In this document: positions 11,676 through 23,503 of the stretch, piece after piece
Layout of the letters: each line of letters starts with the position of its first letter
Numbering within the stretch: the stretch's first letter is position 1
DNA from: Eledone cirrhosa
Lineage: Eukaryota
Reading direction: 5' to 3'
Length of the DNA: 64,000 nucleotides
Assembly: GCA_964016885.1 (NCBI GenBank)
Contig: OZ024754.1
Coordinates: 42,346,001-42,410,000 of the forward strand
Program-made: the position numbers and the translations under genes
Notes under the pieces: generated by a model
What the model was told of the DNA's origin: nothing
The model's input: only the letters and a program-made list of their open reading frames with translations
The model's database searches: none

Positions 11676-12105
11676 TTATTTATAAGTACGCTACTTACCA
11701 CTCATCTTCAACAAACTGCTACACAGTGGGACATATTGTTTATGCAGGACAAAACAAACATCACCGCTTGCTTTAAATATTCTTGATATGAAGACACATG
11801 CGACAAACTGACACACAGATATATATACAACAGATTTCCTTACAGTTTCTGCCTACCATTGGTAGAAAGTACTTGCCCAAGATGCCACACAGTGGGATGG
11901 TACTGAAAACCTCACAGTTGTGAAACTCCTTATCTATGTTGTCAGGCTGCCCTTATATTAGTTCTTTTGTTACCTTATTTCTAATGAAAGACATTACATG
12001 TGTGTGTATCAAGTAATGTTGAAAATAATCAAATATTTGGAGGAATTTAATGAAATAACCAACTCTTTCATTAGTAAGCTGATATATAGAACATTAACTC
12101 TTTCA

Positions 12106-12282
12106 TTATCGGTAGAAGGTTGGACGCTATGCTTTGCAGCACAGAGTTATGGCCCTTTACGTTCAGAGTTCAAATCCCGCCGAGGTTAACTTTGCTTTTC
12201 ATCCTTACGGGGTCGATAAAATAAAGTACCAGTAATGCACTGGGGTAATTTCTGGCCTTGTGCCAAAAATAGAAACAATTAT
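12106..12282 (+). mobile_element. SINE family A copy
   Basis: Same family; directly followed by a family-B copy. Confidence 0.8.
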
Positions 12283-12285
12283 TGT

Positions 12286-12622
12286 GAAGGTGCATGAGTT
12301 AGTGGTTAGAGCATTGGGCTTGCAATTGAAAGGTTGCGTGTTCGATTCTCGGACCGGGTGATGTGTTGTGTCCTTGAACAAAAAGACTTTATTTCACGTT
12401 GCTCCAGTTTACTCAGCTGTAGAAATGAATTGCAACATCACTGGTGCCAAGCTGTATCAGCCATTGCCTTTCCCTTGGACATCATTGGTGGCGTGGATAG
12501 GGAAGACTGGTATACATGAGCGACTGTTGGTCTTCCTCAAACAACCTTGTCCGGACTTGTGCTTCGGAGGGAAACTTTCTAGGTGTAAATCCCATGGTCA
12601 TTCACCACTGAAGGGGTCTTCT
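12286..12622 (+). mobile_element. SINE family B, near full-length (tRNA head A box ..TAGTGG, B box GTTCGATTC; CORE-like gtccttgagcaagacacttt)
   Basis: Head copies at 255-400(-), 4693-4800(-), 8286-8405(+), 12721-12862(+), 24764-24890(+), 48895-49030(+); 3' body copy at 4915-5105(-). Confidence 0.78.
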
Positions 12623-12720
12623 CTCACTAACTCTCATTAGTAAGCTGATATATAGAACATTACTTACCAAAACTTTCTTAAAATCAAATTATGATACCTG
12701 GATTTAATTAATGTATGTAT

Positions 12721-12862
12721 GGAGACACATGGCTTAGTGGTTAGAGCATTGGGCTTGCAATCGAAAGGTTGTGAGTTCAATTCTCAGACCGGGTCATGTG
12801 TTGTTTCCTTGAGCAAGACACTTTATTTCACATTGCTCCAGTTTACTCAGCTGTAGAAATGA
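12721..12862 (+). mobile_element. SINE family B head
   Basis: GGAGACACATGGCTTAGTGGTTAGAGC...GAGTTCAATTCTC. Confidence 0.75.
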
Positions 12863-12894
12863 GATGAGATGATAGAGACTGGGGTCCCTATCAT

Positions 12895-13058
12895 TCCACT
12901 GTAAAGTGGTCGTGGAGGTGCCACGGCAAAAAAGCACCCAGCACTCACTGTAAATGAGGTTGGTGTTAGGAAGGGCATCCAGCTGTAGAAATCAAGCCAG
13001 AATCAGTTCCCATCCCACCCTTGCAAGCAGGGAAAAGCGGACGTAAAATGATGATGAT
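12895..13058 (+). mobile_element. SINE family C copy
   Basis: Same motifs, (ATG)n tail. Confidence 0.7.
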
Positions 13059-13844
13059 GGTCCCGTAACTCCTGAGGGAGTCGTAAGGGTGCCATATTGA
13101 CATACTGCATTTTTAGGGCATTTTTGAAAACCTGGTGCAGCCCATCAGGTCTGAATACAGCAGATTTCTTCAGAGAAGGACAGAGTGAGAGAATGGAAAT
13201 GAGAATATTTAGCCTTTCAAAACAACTTTACTCTGTTACTGTATTATGTGTTCCATCTGACAGACTGAGGCCATACTGGGGCACCACCATTGTTACTCTG
13301 TTACATGTAACATCCGACAGGCTAAGGCCAAGCTGGGGCACCACCATTGTTACTCTATTACACGCGCTCCATGTGGCCATGCTGGGGCTAAATTTCCATC
13401 ATACTTGTTGCAGTGGAACTGTGTCAAAAAATAAACACAGCGTAAAATACATGATAAACATAAAGTACAGTTAAGAGTTGTTGCTGATTTCCATAGCAGA
13501 ATTCCCCAAATTCAAATCCTTTAAACTGTTAACCATATTTACAATTACATATTCTTGTTAAATTAGTGTTTCGTTATTTTAAAATATTTACTTGAAATTT
13601 GTCCAAAAAAATAAATAAATAAAAACAAATAAGATGAATTAAAAATGAAAAATCAATGTTATATAGTTTGTATAAAAACCAAGCTATATTCTCAAATTAG
13701 ATTCTTTGAAGTTTATTAATTTGTAAATGCTTCTGGCTAAAATAAAGTAAGAGCAGAAGGGGTGGGGATCAGGAAAAACAAAAGCAAAACAAAATTGAGA
13801 CTAAAAACTTGCTGAAATGTATTTTTCATATAAATAATAACAAC

Positions 13845-14036
13845 AATAATAATAATAATTGTTTCTACTTTTGGCACAAGGCCAGCAATTACCCAGTGTA
13901 TTACTGGTACTTTATTTTATCGACCCCGTAAGGATTAAAGGCAAAGTTAACCTCGGCGGGATTTGAACTCAGAATGGCAAGGGCCCTAACTCAATGCGTC
14001 AAAGCATGGCGTCCGACCCTCTACCGATACTGCCAA
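13845..14036 (-). mobile_element. SINE family A copy (antisense)
   Basis: Reverse complement of 535-715 with (AAT)n tail. Confidence 0.82.
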
Positions 14037-14801
14037 TCCACATAATGATGATGATTTCTTTTGACTAGATACAAGGCCAATATTTGTAAGAGAGACAGGG
14101 AGTAGTTTTGAATGAATTGCTCAAGGTATAATCCATCCATCTCTCTATGAGCCCCTTATCTCCTGATAGAGTGATAGGGGGGGGGGGGGGGCTGTTGCAA
14201 CATTGAAACTTGACAGAGCCTATCCCTCTCCAGGTTTGAACACAGCTGATTACTTCCAGAGAAAGCAGAAAGAGATTTAGGGGGAAGAACTGACCCTAGT
14301 TCTCAACCTTGAAAGTTGGGTATGGCGGGATTCGTACTCAGAGAGCCGGAGTACTTTATTTATCAACTTCAAAAGGATGAAAGACAAAGTTGGCTTCGAT
14401 GGGATTCGTACTCACAGAGCCGGAACAAATACTACAAGGTATTCTTTTCGCCATTCAAACAACTCTGCCATTTTAACACCTTAGCGTCTAACTTATTGGT
14501 TCTTAATTAAAGCTAATGGTTATTTTATAATTATGAAATGACTGCTAGTACAACATACAAGAGGGTGAAAGGTAAAAAAATATTTATATTGCAAAAGTAC
14601 AAATTGCTTCAATAAATAGGTGTCGCTCCTAGAGTCAGTTTTACAGAAAATACAACCAGCTGTCGTACAGCTTTCTACACAGCTCCGAGAGAGATAGAAG
14701 GAAAGAGAGCTAGAGTTAAACAATTAGCACTTTCTGTTACTAATATCACAACAGACTTCACTGTCCTATTTCTTCAAGGTTCTTCAACAACAATAATAGC
14801 T

Positions 14802-14872
14802 TCACATTGGCGCTGTTGCTTCCATAGACATGTCAATAGCTTTTTGAAGCAGTTCTTCTTCACTCAGTCCTT
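14802..14872 (-). CDS. ATXN3: ATXN3 terminal exon (UIM3)
   Basis: ttgcag|[23 protein letters not shown]. Confidence 0.87.
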
Positions 14873-17800
14873 CTGCAAAATAAATAGAGAAAATGTGTAC
14901 AAGATATTCTCAGTTGTGAAGAGACTTATTCTTTTAATTATTCTTATTTGTGTCGTTTTGTATTTTTTGAGGATGTGTTATTAATGCAGTTTCATGTGGT
15001 GCAGGATGTTAACAGTTAACTACTGACTATGTTTCATGTGGTACAGGATGTTAACAGTAACTACTGACTATGTTTCATGTGGTACAGGATGTTAACTATT
15101 GACTGACAATGTGAAATACTTACCACCGTTTTCTTGGACCGATTCCGAATCAGTTTTTGTATGAGAGACAGAAGACTCTTCCTCTGTGTTATTCTGTAAA
15201 CAGTTTGTTTTACTTAAGTAGCTGAGTCTTTTTTGGCGCAGTTCATCAATGGATATCGGCTGTATAGAAGGCTTTTGTGTTTGAGACTGTTCACTGTGAT
15301 TAGAATGCGACTTATCATAAACACGAGAAGGTAATTGAAAATCGCGAGAAGTAGCTCCAGCTCCGACACAGTTATCTTCGGACTTGCTTCCTGTAAACAT
15401 TTTTTAAAAAGAAATTATTAATTTACAGCAATTTCACCTTTGCTTAATCAATCATTTTGGAGAAATTACTCGAGTTTCAATCATCATCATACATCTACTA
15501 ATTGGTGTCAATTGGGTCAACATGATCAGAGCCAGTTCTTATTTAAAGTTACTGCCATCCATGTTTGGCATAGTTTCTATGGCTGGATGATTTCCTAATG
15601 CCAACCACTTTACAGAATCTTCTGGGTGGATTATATTAAGCCACATGTACTGGAGAGGTTGTCATACACTTGATAAGACTAAAGAGGACTCTCTAATTAT
15701 ATTAAGCCACATGTACTGGAGAGGTTGTCATACATTTGATAAGACTAAAGAGGACTCCATTATCTTTACTCAGAATAGCAGTGAACTACTGTTTGGTCTG
15801 GTGGAAACTAATAACACCATTGCCCACAAATCATAATATAAGATTTACCATGTACTGTAGTATTGTAAAAGTGGTAGTGCTGGGACCATGATAAAATGCA
15901 GTTGGCCCACTCTGTAATGTGCTGGTGTCGTGATAAAATGCACCCAGCCCACTCTGTAAAGTGCTTGTGCAATGATAAAATTCACCCAGGCCATTCTGTA
16001 ATGTACTGGTGTCACAATAAAATGCACCCGGCCGGTGCCACGATATAATGCACCCAGCCCAATCCAGTTCTGAGGACTGACTTAGTCTACAATAACCAGC
16101 TCTTGCTAACAAGGAAGATGATTACCATATATACTGAGATATGATAATGAAAGGGTTAGCTTACCTTGCATGCTAAGTTCAAGTGCAGTTTGTAAAAGTG
16201 CTTCTTCCTTGTCTTTTAAACTCATTGCTAATGCCCGCTGCAGTGAAGGGTCTTCTTTTTCAGCATATTCTCGAGTTGTCTCAATAACTTGCTGTAAACT
16301 AGGGTCCATTTGGTCTTCGCTGCTGCTTGAATTTAATGTGGTTGCACTCTCTAAGGTAGGTTTTACTGGCTGTACAGCAGGATGAATTTTTAAAAGTTGA
16401 TCAGCATCACTTGGCGGTAGGTTACCAATAATGATGAATATAGAATAACCTGTGGGTAGAAAATAGCAAAATATTATTGTTGCATAAGGAAAAGGGGGGA
16501 TAGATAGGTAGAGAATGAGAGAGCAAAACTGAGGAGGAATTTGCAGTATCAGTAGAGCATTGAACATGCCCTTTGCGTTCTGAGGTTAGCGTTACCTTTC
16601 ATCTTTACAGGGGAGTCGATAAAATAAAGCACCAGTAATGAACTGGGGGTTGATTTAATCAACTGTCTCCTCCCTCCAAATTACTGGCCTTCTGACTAAA
16701 TCAGAAACCAATATTCACTTCTATTTATTTTCCTCATGTTAACAGATGTTGATTGGTTCTAAAACATTGTATATATTGGACCTACCCATGCTAGCGTGGA
16801 AGATGGATATTAAATGATGATGATGAAATGGTGAGACATATCACAGGCATTTCCTTACAATATTGTAGGTTTTACTAAATAGTCGTAATTAAGGTACAAC
16901 AGCATAGCTCTAATTACTTAGACTGGTCCTCCACCCTGTACAGTGGTAGTGTTGGTGCCATGAAAGCAAAAAAGCACCCAGTCTACCTTGTAAGGTGGTA
17001 GTGTTGGTGCCAAGAGAAAAGCTCCCAGTAGATGCTGTAATATGGTTGATATTAGGAAGGACAGGCATCCAACCGTAGAAAACAGGCATTCAACTGAAGA
17101 AAACAGGCATTCAACAGTAGAAAAAGGCATTCAACAGTAGAAAACAGGCATTCAACTGTAGAAAACAAGCATTCAACAGTAGAAAACAGGCATTCAACTG
17201 AAGAAAACAGGCATTCAACAGTAGAAAAAGGCATTCAACAGTAGAAAACAGGCATTCAACTGTAGAAAACAAGCATTCAACAGTAGAAAACAGGCATTCA
17301 ACTGAAGAAAACAGGCATTCAACAGTAGAAAAAGGCATTCAACTGTAGAAAACAAGCATTCAACTGTAGAAAACAGGCATTCAACTGTAGAAAACAAGCA
17401 TTCAACAGTAGAAAACAGGCATTCAACAGTAGAAAACAGGCATTCAACAGTAGAAAACAGGCATTCAACAGTAGAAAACTAAGCCAAAAGCAGATCTGTA
17501 TGAGCAAGATATTATCACCTGACTTGACTAACCTCATAACTCGTCTAACCCATACAAACAAGGAAGACATGATGGATGATAATGATCTTACCTTCTTGTA
17601 GTAACTGTATGATAAACAAAGACAGATATGTGTCTGATATGAGTTCGGGACCACTCAATAAGGAGTTTAGATTAAACCATTGGAAACCAATTTTTCGTAT
17701 AGTGAACCAATGCTCTTTCATATTGCATATATAAGCTGTTTGTTGTCTGAAACAGAAATGGGAAAATATGGACTGTATAAGCATAATTCGGACAATAACC

Positions 17801-20800
17801 CATCAAACTCATACTAACATGGGATACAGATATAAAATGATAACGAGGATTTGATTATAATGAGGTTGGGGCTAATGTGGTGTCCAGGTCTGTTGTAATG
17901 ATATATACTTACATAGGATTTTCTTGTGCTTCCTTAGCTTTTGGATGTTGACTGCTAAAAGGTATTATATCTAAGTTCCATACTCCTAATGCATTTGTAA
18001 TAACTTGTATTGAGAAATATCCTCGCTCATCCATATTTGAAGACGGTTGCTGTGAATATAAAGTAAACATGTACATATATATACATACATTTATATATAT
18101 ATATATATATGTATACATTTAATATATATATATATATATAAGTATAAATATAGTACAAAAAAATTAGGAAAGACTAGGCATAAAGATATGGACAGAGAAA
18201 CATTTTTTTGTTTGTTCAATCTTTAACACATGTTTCTGTACAATTACATAACAGTCTACATCCACTGACTACATTTTATGATGTTCATTTGTGTGCAAAA
18301 CATTCTATCTGGTGGTCTAACAACTTTGACAATTTGCCACCTCTATTACTAAATAGAAAGCCAAACATCTTAGTAAATAGCACTGAACACTGGCAATGAA
18401 TTTCAGGAGTTAAAAATCTGTTATCTAGAGAAAGATGGGTGTAGAAGTAATGGATTTGTAAATATTTATCTAGTTAAAATTCCAACCCAAAAATCCCAAA
18501 CTCATCTACATTTTATTATTATTATCTTTTTTTTTTTGGAAGAATTCCAACCTCAACATCAAAACTAATATTATGTATTATGTATTTATTCTGTTGAAGT
18601 TAAGAACAGTACAAGCAAAATTGGTACAACTTGCATTTATAAACAAAATATTTTTTTAAAGAGATCTTACATTGAAAAACTAACCAATATGTTAGAAATT
18701 CAAACATTATCTCTGTCATTTTAACCCTTTACCATTTACATTACTCTATATATACTATTATATTTTCACGGTAAAGGCTCATAAAATCTATGAGATTTTG
18801 ATATTATTTATTTTAAGAACAATACCTTAACCCCTTAACTTTTACATTACTCTATATTTACTATTGTATTTTCACAGTAAAAGCTTTATCTTACATAAAT
18901 ATCTCACATAATATCAAATCTATGAGATTTTGATACTTATTTTGAGAACAATACCTTAACATCAGTATGAGCAGCCAGTTTGAACAGAAAGAGGTGAGAG
19001 ATATGGCCGGTTTAAATGCTAAACGGTTTACATAAGTATGAGAAGCCGGTTAGAGCTGGTTTGAACAGAAAGATGTGAGAGAATTCTGGCCAAATGCGAC
19101 CAGTTAAAGGGTTAAGGAATATATTCAAACTTTTTGTGACCATATTTCTGATGAAATACACTGCATTTCAATGAATTAATGACGAATTTGGAGGGGTTGC
19201 ACTAAAATCATTAATTATTTCATTATTAAGATAGTATTTGTAACATAACTTAAAATGTTCTGATATAAAATTATGTTGGCAGATTATAATTTAACCCTTT
19301 AGCATTCACATTACTCTATATATACTATTGTATTTTTGTGGTAAAGGCTTTACCACACATAATTATCTTACATAATATTAAATCTATGAGATTTTTATAT
19401 TATTTATTTTGAGAACAATACCTTAACATCACTATGAGTGGCCGATTACAGTCGGTTTGAACAAAAAGAAGTGAGAGAATTCTGGCCAGATACGGCCAGT
19501 TTAATTGCTAAAGGGTTAAACAGCAAGCCTTTAGAATGGATGGTTTTGATATTTGAATCAACCAGAGGTAGTTTTGGGTGAAAATAGGCTGTGTAATTCT
19601 GCAAAATCAAATAATTTGAAGTAGTGTGGAGACTAAATTGGAGTTGACTGAAGCACAAAAATACTAGATAAGTTTCTTTTCTGTTGATTAGCTTTTAGGT
19701 TAATCAATTTTACACCTGGACTCAGGTATAGTAATTAATCAGCTTTTAGGTGAGGACACAGGAATGACTAATTGGTTAAGAAGTTTGCTGCATAATCATG
19801 AGATTCCAAGTTTGATCCCACTGAGTAGCATCTTGTGCAAATGTCTTTACCGTAGCCCCAGGTCAACCTAAATAAAATTGGGTAGATAGAGACTATATAG
19901 AAGCCCATTGAATAGAGTGCACCTGTTATCTAAAGATCAAAAAATTTTGAATTTCTTTAAGAATTGCATAAATAGTACACAGGTTAATGGAGCACTCAGC
20001 CATTTTCCTGCTAATTTCACAAGTTGGATGTTTGGTTGATCAAACTGGAACATTCTTCATCGAAATCCAACAGAGGTTCATCTATTGGAACCTAGCAGAC
20101 TTTAGTCTAGCAACACCTGCAGAAACAGTAAATACACAATGATCACCATAGCTAGATATGGAAGAGAAAGAGACAGCAGTTCAAACTTTTACTAAAACAA
20201 ACATGTCAGTGTGTGTATGGTATATACATTAATATATCCCACTCACCTCTAAAAAATGCATATATTCTTGTGAGTTCTCACCACCCTCAGCCATCTGCTC
20301 CCTTTCTTGGTCATCTAATTTCTTGGCTATCTGTGCCAAATCTACAGGGCTGAAATACTGGCCTTGAAGAAGGGAGTTCAGACAGTGAAGGGCACATAAT
20401 GAACCCCGTTGCTGTAAAAGAAAAAAAAAAAAAAGAAAAACAACACACACACACACACTCTAAAGAAAAAAAAATTAGCTTATAAATAATTTCAGTAAAA
20501 CAATATAACACAAGCATTTTAAGGCCATGTTTCTGTTCTAAATCAGAGGTTAGTCTTGTAGACCCCATGATAGGGTTCATATTCACCATGGGGTCCTTTT
20601 TAAGACAATGTTTTATGGCCAGATGCCCTTTCAAGTATAAACTCCTTTTGTCATCTAATCTAAAGTAGAATACTTCCTCTCTAACTGTACTGCATATTCT
20701 CCTCTCTCTCTCTCTCACAGAGCTACATATCTTCTCAACTCTCTCTCTATCACAGAGCTATCTCTACTCTCTCTCTCTATCTATCACAGAGCTATATATC

Positions 20801-22167
20801 TTCTCAACTCTCTCTATCACAGAGCTATATATCTCAACCTCTCTCTATCATCAGTTGGATGGGTCCTTTTCATCACAGCATCTCTCCACTCGCCATGTTC
20901 CTTCATCACTGAGTCTCAGCAATTTGATATCAGTTCTCACCACCTCAGCCTGTCTTTCTTGGTCTACCTCTACTACAGCTTCCTTCCACTGGCATTTCCT
21001 GTTATTTCTTCACCCAGCAATCATTATCCTTGTGCATCTAATGTCCGTACCAATGCAGTCTTCTCTCTTACACACTACTTTGGATTCCTCTTAAACCCAG
21101 CTTCTCCCTCAGGTCATCCAAGCTCTGCTTTTCTCTCACATTTATATCATATTATTTATTCCAATGTATAAACACAATTTATATTTTTAAAAAAAGAGGA
21201 AAAGAGTAGAGGACATGCATATTCAATTACACACAAGGACACATTACTGCAAGTGATAGCGAGGCTAAGATGCTGGAACAACCAAGCACCCTCATGAGCA
21301 TCACCTGTTATATCGGTATGCGAACTGCCAACACTAAACGTCTTGAATGCCGCCACAAGCTAAAAGAAAAAAAATCCTGGTATTTTAGAATTTTATTCTG
21401 TTAGACTATGGATGCAGAGACTGCCACTTTCATCGCAGTATCCAAGATGTGGGAAGGTACAAAAGAGTTGCTGATTGTGGCATTCCAAGTAAGACATCTA
21501 CCTCTTAGTGAGAGGTAAACAGTAAAACTATCTGGCCTCTTGTCAGCAATCCTGAACAATCCAGTTGGCTCCAGAATTGAGAGGATATTGACTCAAGACA
21601 AGTCTCGTTTTATAGTTAGGTACATCTCCGTAAAGCCGTTAAAGTGACCTGCACATGGTGAAGACCGTCTATGAAGATCTGTAAAATCAAGGGCTTGCTA
21701 TAATGACATTTAAATCCCCAACAAACATCAGTTCTGACTTGATGTTAGCCATGGGCAAAGCATCAACCCAGTTCTCTCAAGAATAGGACAAACCCCCCCC
21801 CCCCCCCCCCCCCCCCAAAAAAAAATATGCAGCACTTTGAAAATTGACCAAAGAGAGTTGAAAGTGTCTCTTGAACGAAAGTTGTCCCAAAAACTCTGGT
21901 TCAGTCTATCCTACTCAGTTCCAGGAACTGATAAACCCAGCTCCCTCCACTGTAGTAGGTCTTCACCCCCCCCCCCCCCACTGGAGTACGTCTATGGTAG
22001 TACTCAATATATTAGCTAGAGAGAGTACTTCATTGTATTTCATTTAGACGTGATTTCATCCGGTGTTGAAATATATGTTGTCCCTGATTTCCACTTGTTT
22101 CATTTTGCGTTTATACGCAGAATATTCCATTCACTCATCCTCAAATGTGTGTTTGTGTACATATGTG

Positions 22168-22228
<61 letters not shown>

Positions 22229-22270
22229 CACATATATATAATATATGTATATACATAAACGCACACGCAG

Positions 22271-22331
<61 letters not shown>

Positions 22332-23195
22332 GCACGTACGCATGTGTGTGTGTATGTATGTATATTTGTATATATATATGTGTGTATATATATATATATG
22401 TATATGAACGCACACGCAGTATATATATATTTATATATATGTGTATATATATAGAGAGAGAGACGCACATACTGATGTGTGTGTTGTCCAGACACATACC
22501 TTCCGTGTTATATCAATAATTACACAGCTACTGAGGGATCATTCATATATCACTTTAAATCCTCAGCAAATTACATTATATTTCTCTACAGAGGAAATAC
22601 CAATAGTGGTAAACGGTAATGGATAGTTCTGGACGTCCCTTATAACAATTAATCTTTGTAAATTATCACATAAATAAAACAAAAACCGTGTCAGGGAGAG
22701 AGATAGAGAGAGAATCAGAAAGAAAATCAATGTTTCTCTATAAAAAGAGCGCTTCCAGCTTTCAGTAAACAAAGTTTAGCGTCGTTTTAAGACTTACAGT
22801 TACAATACATTAATAAATAAATCTATTTTATCATCTAATTTCAAATATATTCTGTTTCTTCTTTTGTTTTTAATTATAATCTCTACTAATTATTACGATG
22901 GTCATCATCATTATTACAATTATTCTCCAAGTACAGCTCTATCCACCCACCTCTTAATAGATTTTTTTTCCTCCAGAGACCGAAGTGAAAACATTTTAGA
23001 CACTAGACATATATTTTAAAGAATTAAAACACTTTCAATTTATATATTATAGTAATAATATGCAGGAATTCATAGCTACAAAAATATATATCCGGATGTG
23101 AATAGCCTGTTGTTTGTACAGAAGGAATGTAGTTTTAAAAGATGAGTTTAAAATATAACAGGAATATTTACCTTTTCGAAAACGATCGCCTCCAT
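14802..23195 (-). CDS. ATXN3: Ataxin-3 (Josephin deubiquitinase with UIMs), whole gene; complement(join(14802..14872,15124..15390,16165..16449,17592..17746,17913..18049,20247..20411,23172..23195)), ~367 aa
   Basis: MEAIVFEK|[17 protein letters not shown] (catalytic Cys), [21 protein letters not shown] (His), QWFNLNSLL (Asn), UIMs [24 protein letters not shown], and VCP-binding-like [11 protein letters not shown]. All junctions GT-AG and in phase. Confidence 0.94.
14985..15100 (+). repeat. Short ~41-bp tandem repeat, ~3 copies
   Basis: gtttcatgtggtacaggatgttaacag... repeated in the last ATXN3 intron. Confidence 0.75.
15124..15390 (-). CDS. ATXN3: ATXN3 coding exon 6 (VCP-binding-like motif)
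   Basis: ttacag|GSKSED...[15 protein letters not shown]...QENG|gtaagt; phases 1/1 fit both neighbours. Confidence 0.85.
15870..16060 (+). repeat. Degenerate ~42-bp tandem repeat of a SINE-derived segment (gtgctggtgccacgataaaatgcacccagcccactctgtaa), ~5 copies
   Basis: Matches the 5' part of the family-C SINE (compare 12895-12955). Confidence 0.65.
16165..16449 (-). CDS. ATXN3: ATXN3 coding exon 5 (end of Josephin domain, UIM1, UIM2)
   Basis: [20 protein letters not shown]...[30 protein letters not shown]|gtaagc. Confidence 0.93.
17060..17478 (+). repeat. Minisatellite, 21-bp unit AGGCATTCAAC(A/T)GTAGAAAAC, ~20 copies, ATXN3 intron 4
   Basis: Tandem array; source of the spurious STVECLF ORFs. 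Confidence 0.93.
17592..17746 (-). CDS. ATXN3: ATXN3 coding exon 4 (catalytic His and Asn)
   Basis: cag|[51 protein letters not shown]|gtaaga. Confidence 0.95.
17913..18049 (-). CDS. ATXN3: ATXN3 coding exon 3
   Basis: cag|[45 protein letters not shown]|gtaagt (phase 2). Confidence 0.93.
18721..19115. mobile_element. Two nested/tandem piggyBac-type MITE copies
   Basis: Left ends at 18721 and ~18827, right ends at ~19030 and ~19115. Confidence 0.65.
19291..19519. mobile_element. piggyBac-type MITE, full-length copy
   Basis: TTAACCCTTTAGCATT ... ATTGCTAAAGGGTTAA. Confidence 0.78.
20247..20411 (-). CDS. ATXN3: ATXN3 coding exon 2 (catalytic Cys)
   Basis: cag|[55 protein letters not shown]|gtgagt. 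Confidence 0.95.
22150..22480. repeat. Compound (TA)n/(GA)n/(TG)n microsatellite, ATXN3 intron 1
   Basis: Direct inspection. Confidence 0.9.
23172..23195 (-). CDS. ATXN3: ATXN3 coding exon 1
   Basis: ATG GAG GCG ATC GTT TTC GAA AAG|gtaaat = MEAIVFEK (human MESIFHEK, same 24-nt coding length). Confidence 0.85.
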
Positions 23196-23503
23196 CAGTT
23201 CTCTAAATCAGTGCAATTGAGTTGTCTGCCCTTGTTTCTCGGATTTTCATTTTTCATTTATTTGTTTGCTTATTTATTTATTCTTTTCCGCTGGGGTTTT
23301 TTTCTCCCATTTTTATTCATTTGTTTCACTTTAGTTTTATACACGGATTATTATACGCAAATATCCGCATGTATGTATATGAAAGTGTATGTATATATAT
23401 ATATAAATATATTATATATATGTAATTAGTTACAACAGGTACTTAAGTTTTGTTGGGTTATTTACCCCAGCTCATTCAGCCTATCATATATATATATATA
23501 TAT

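Noticed and set aside
17052-17654. STVECLF / LLNACF repeat ORFs
   Set aside because: Translations of the 21-bp minisatellite.
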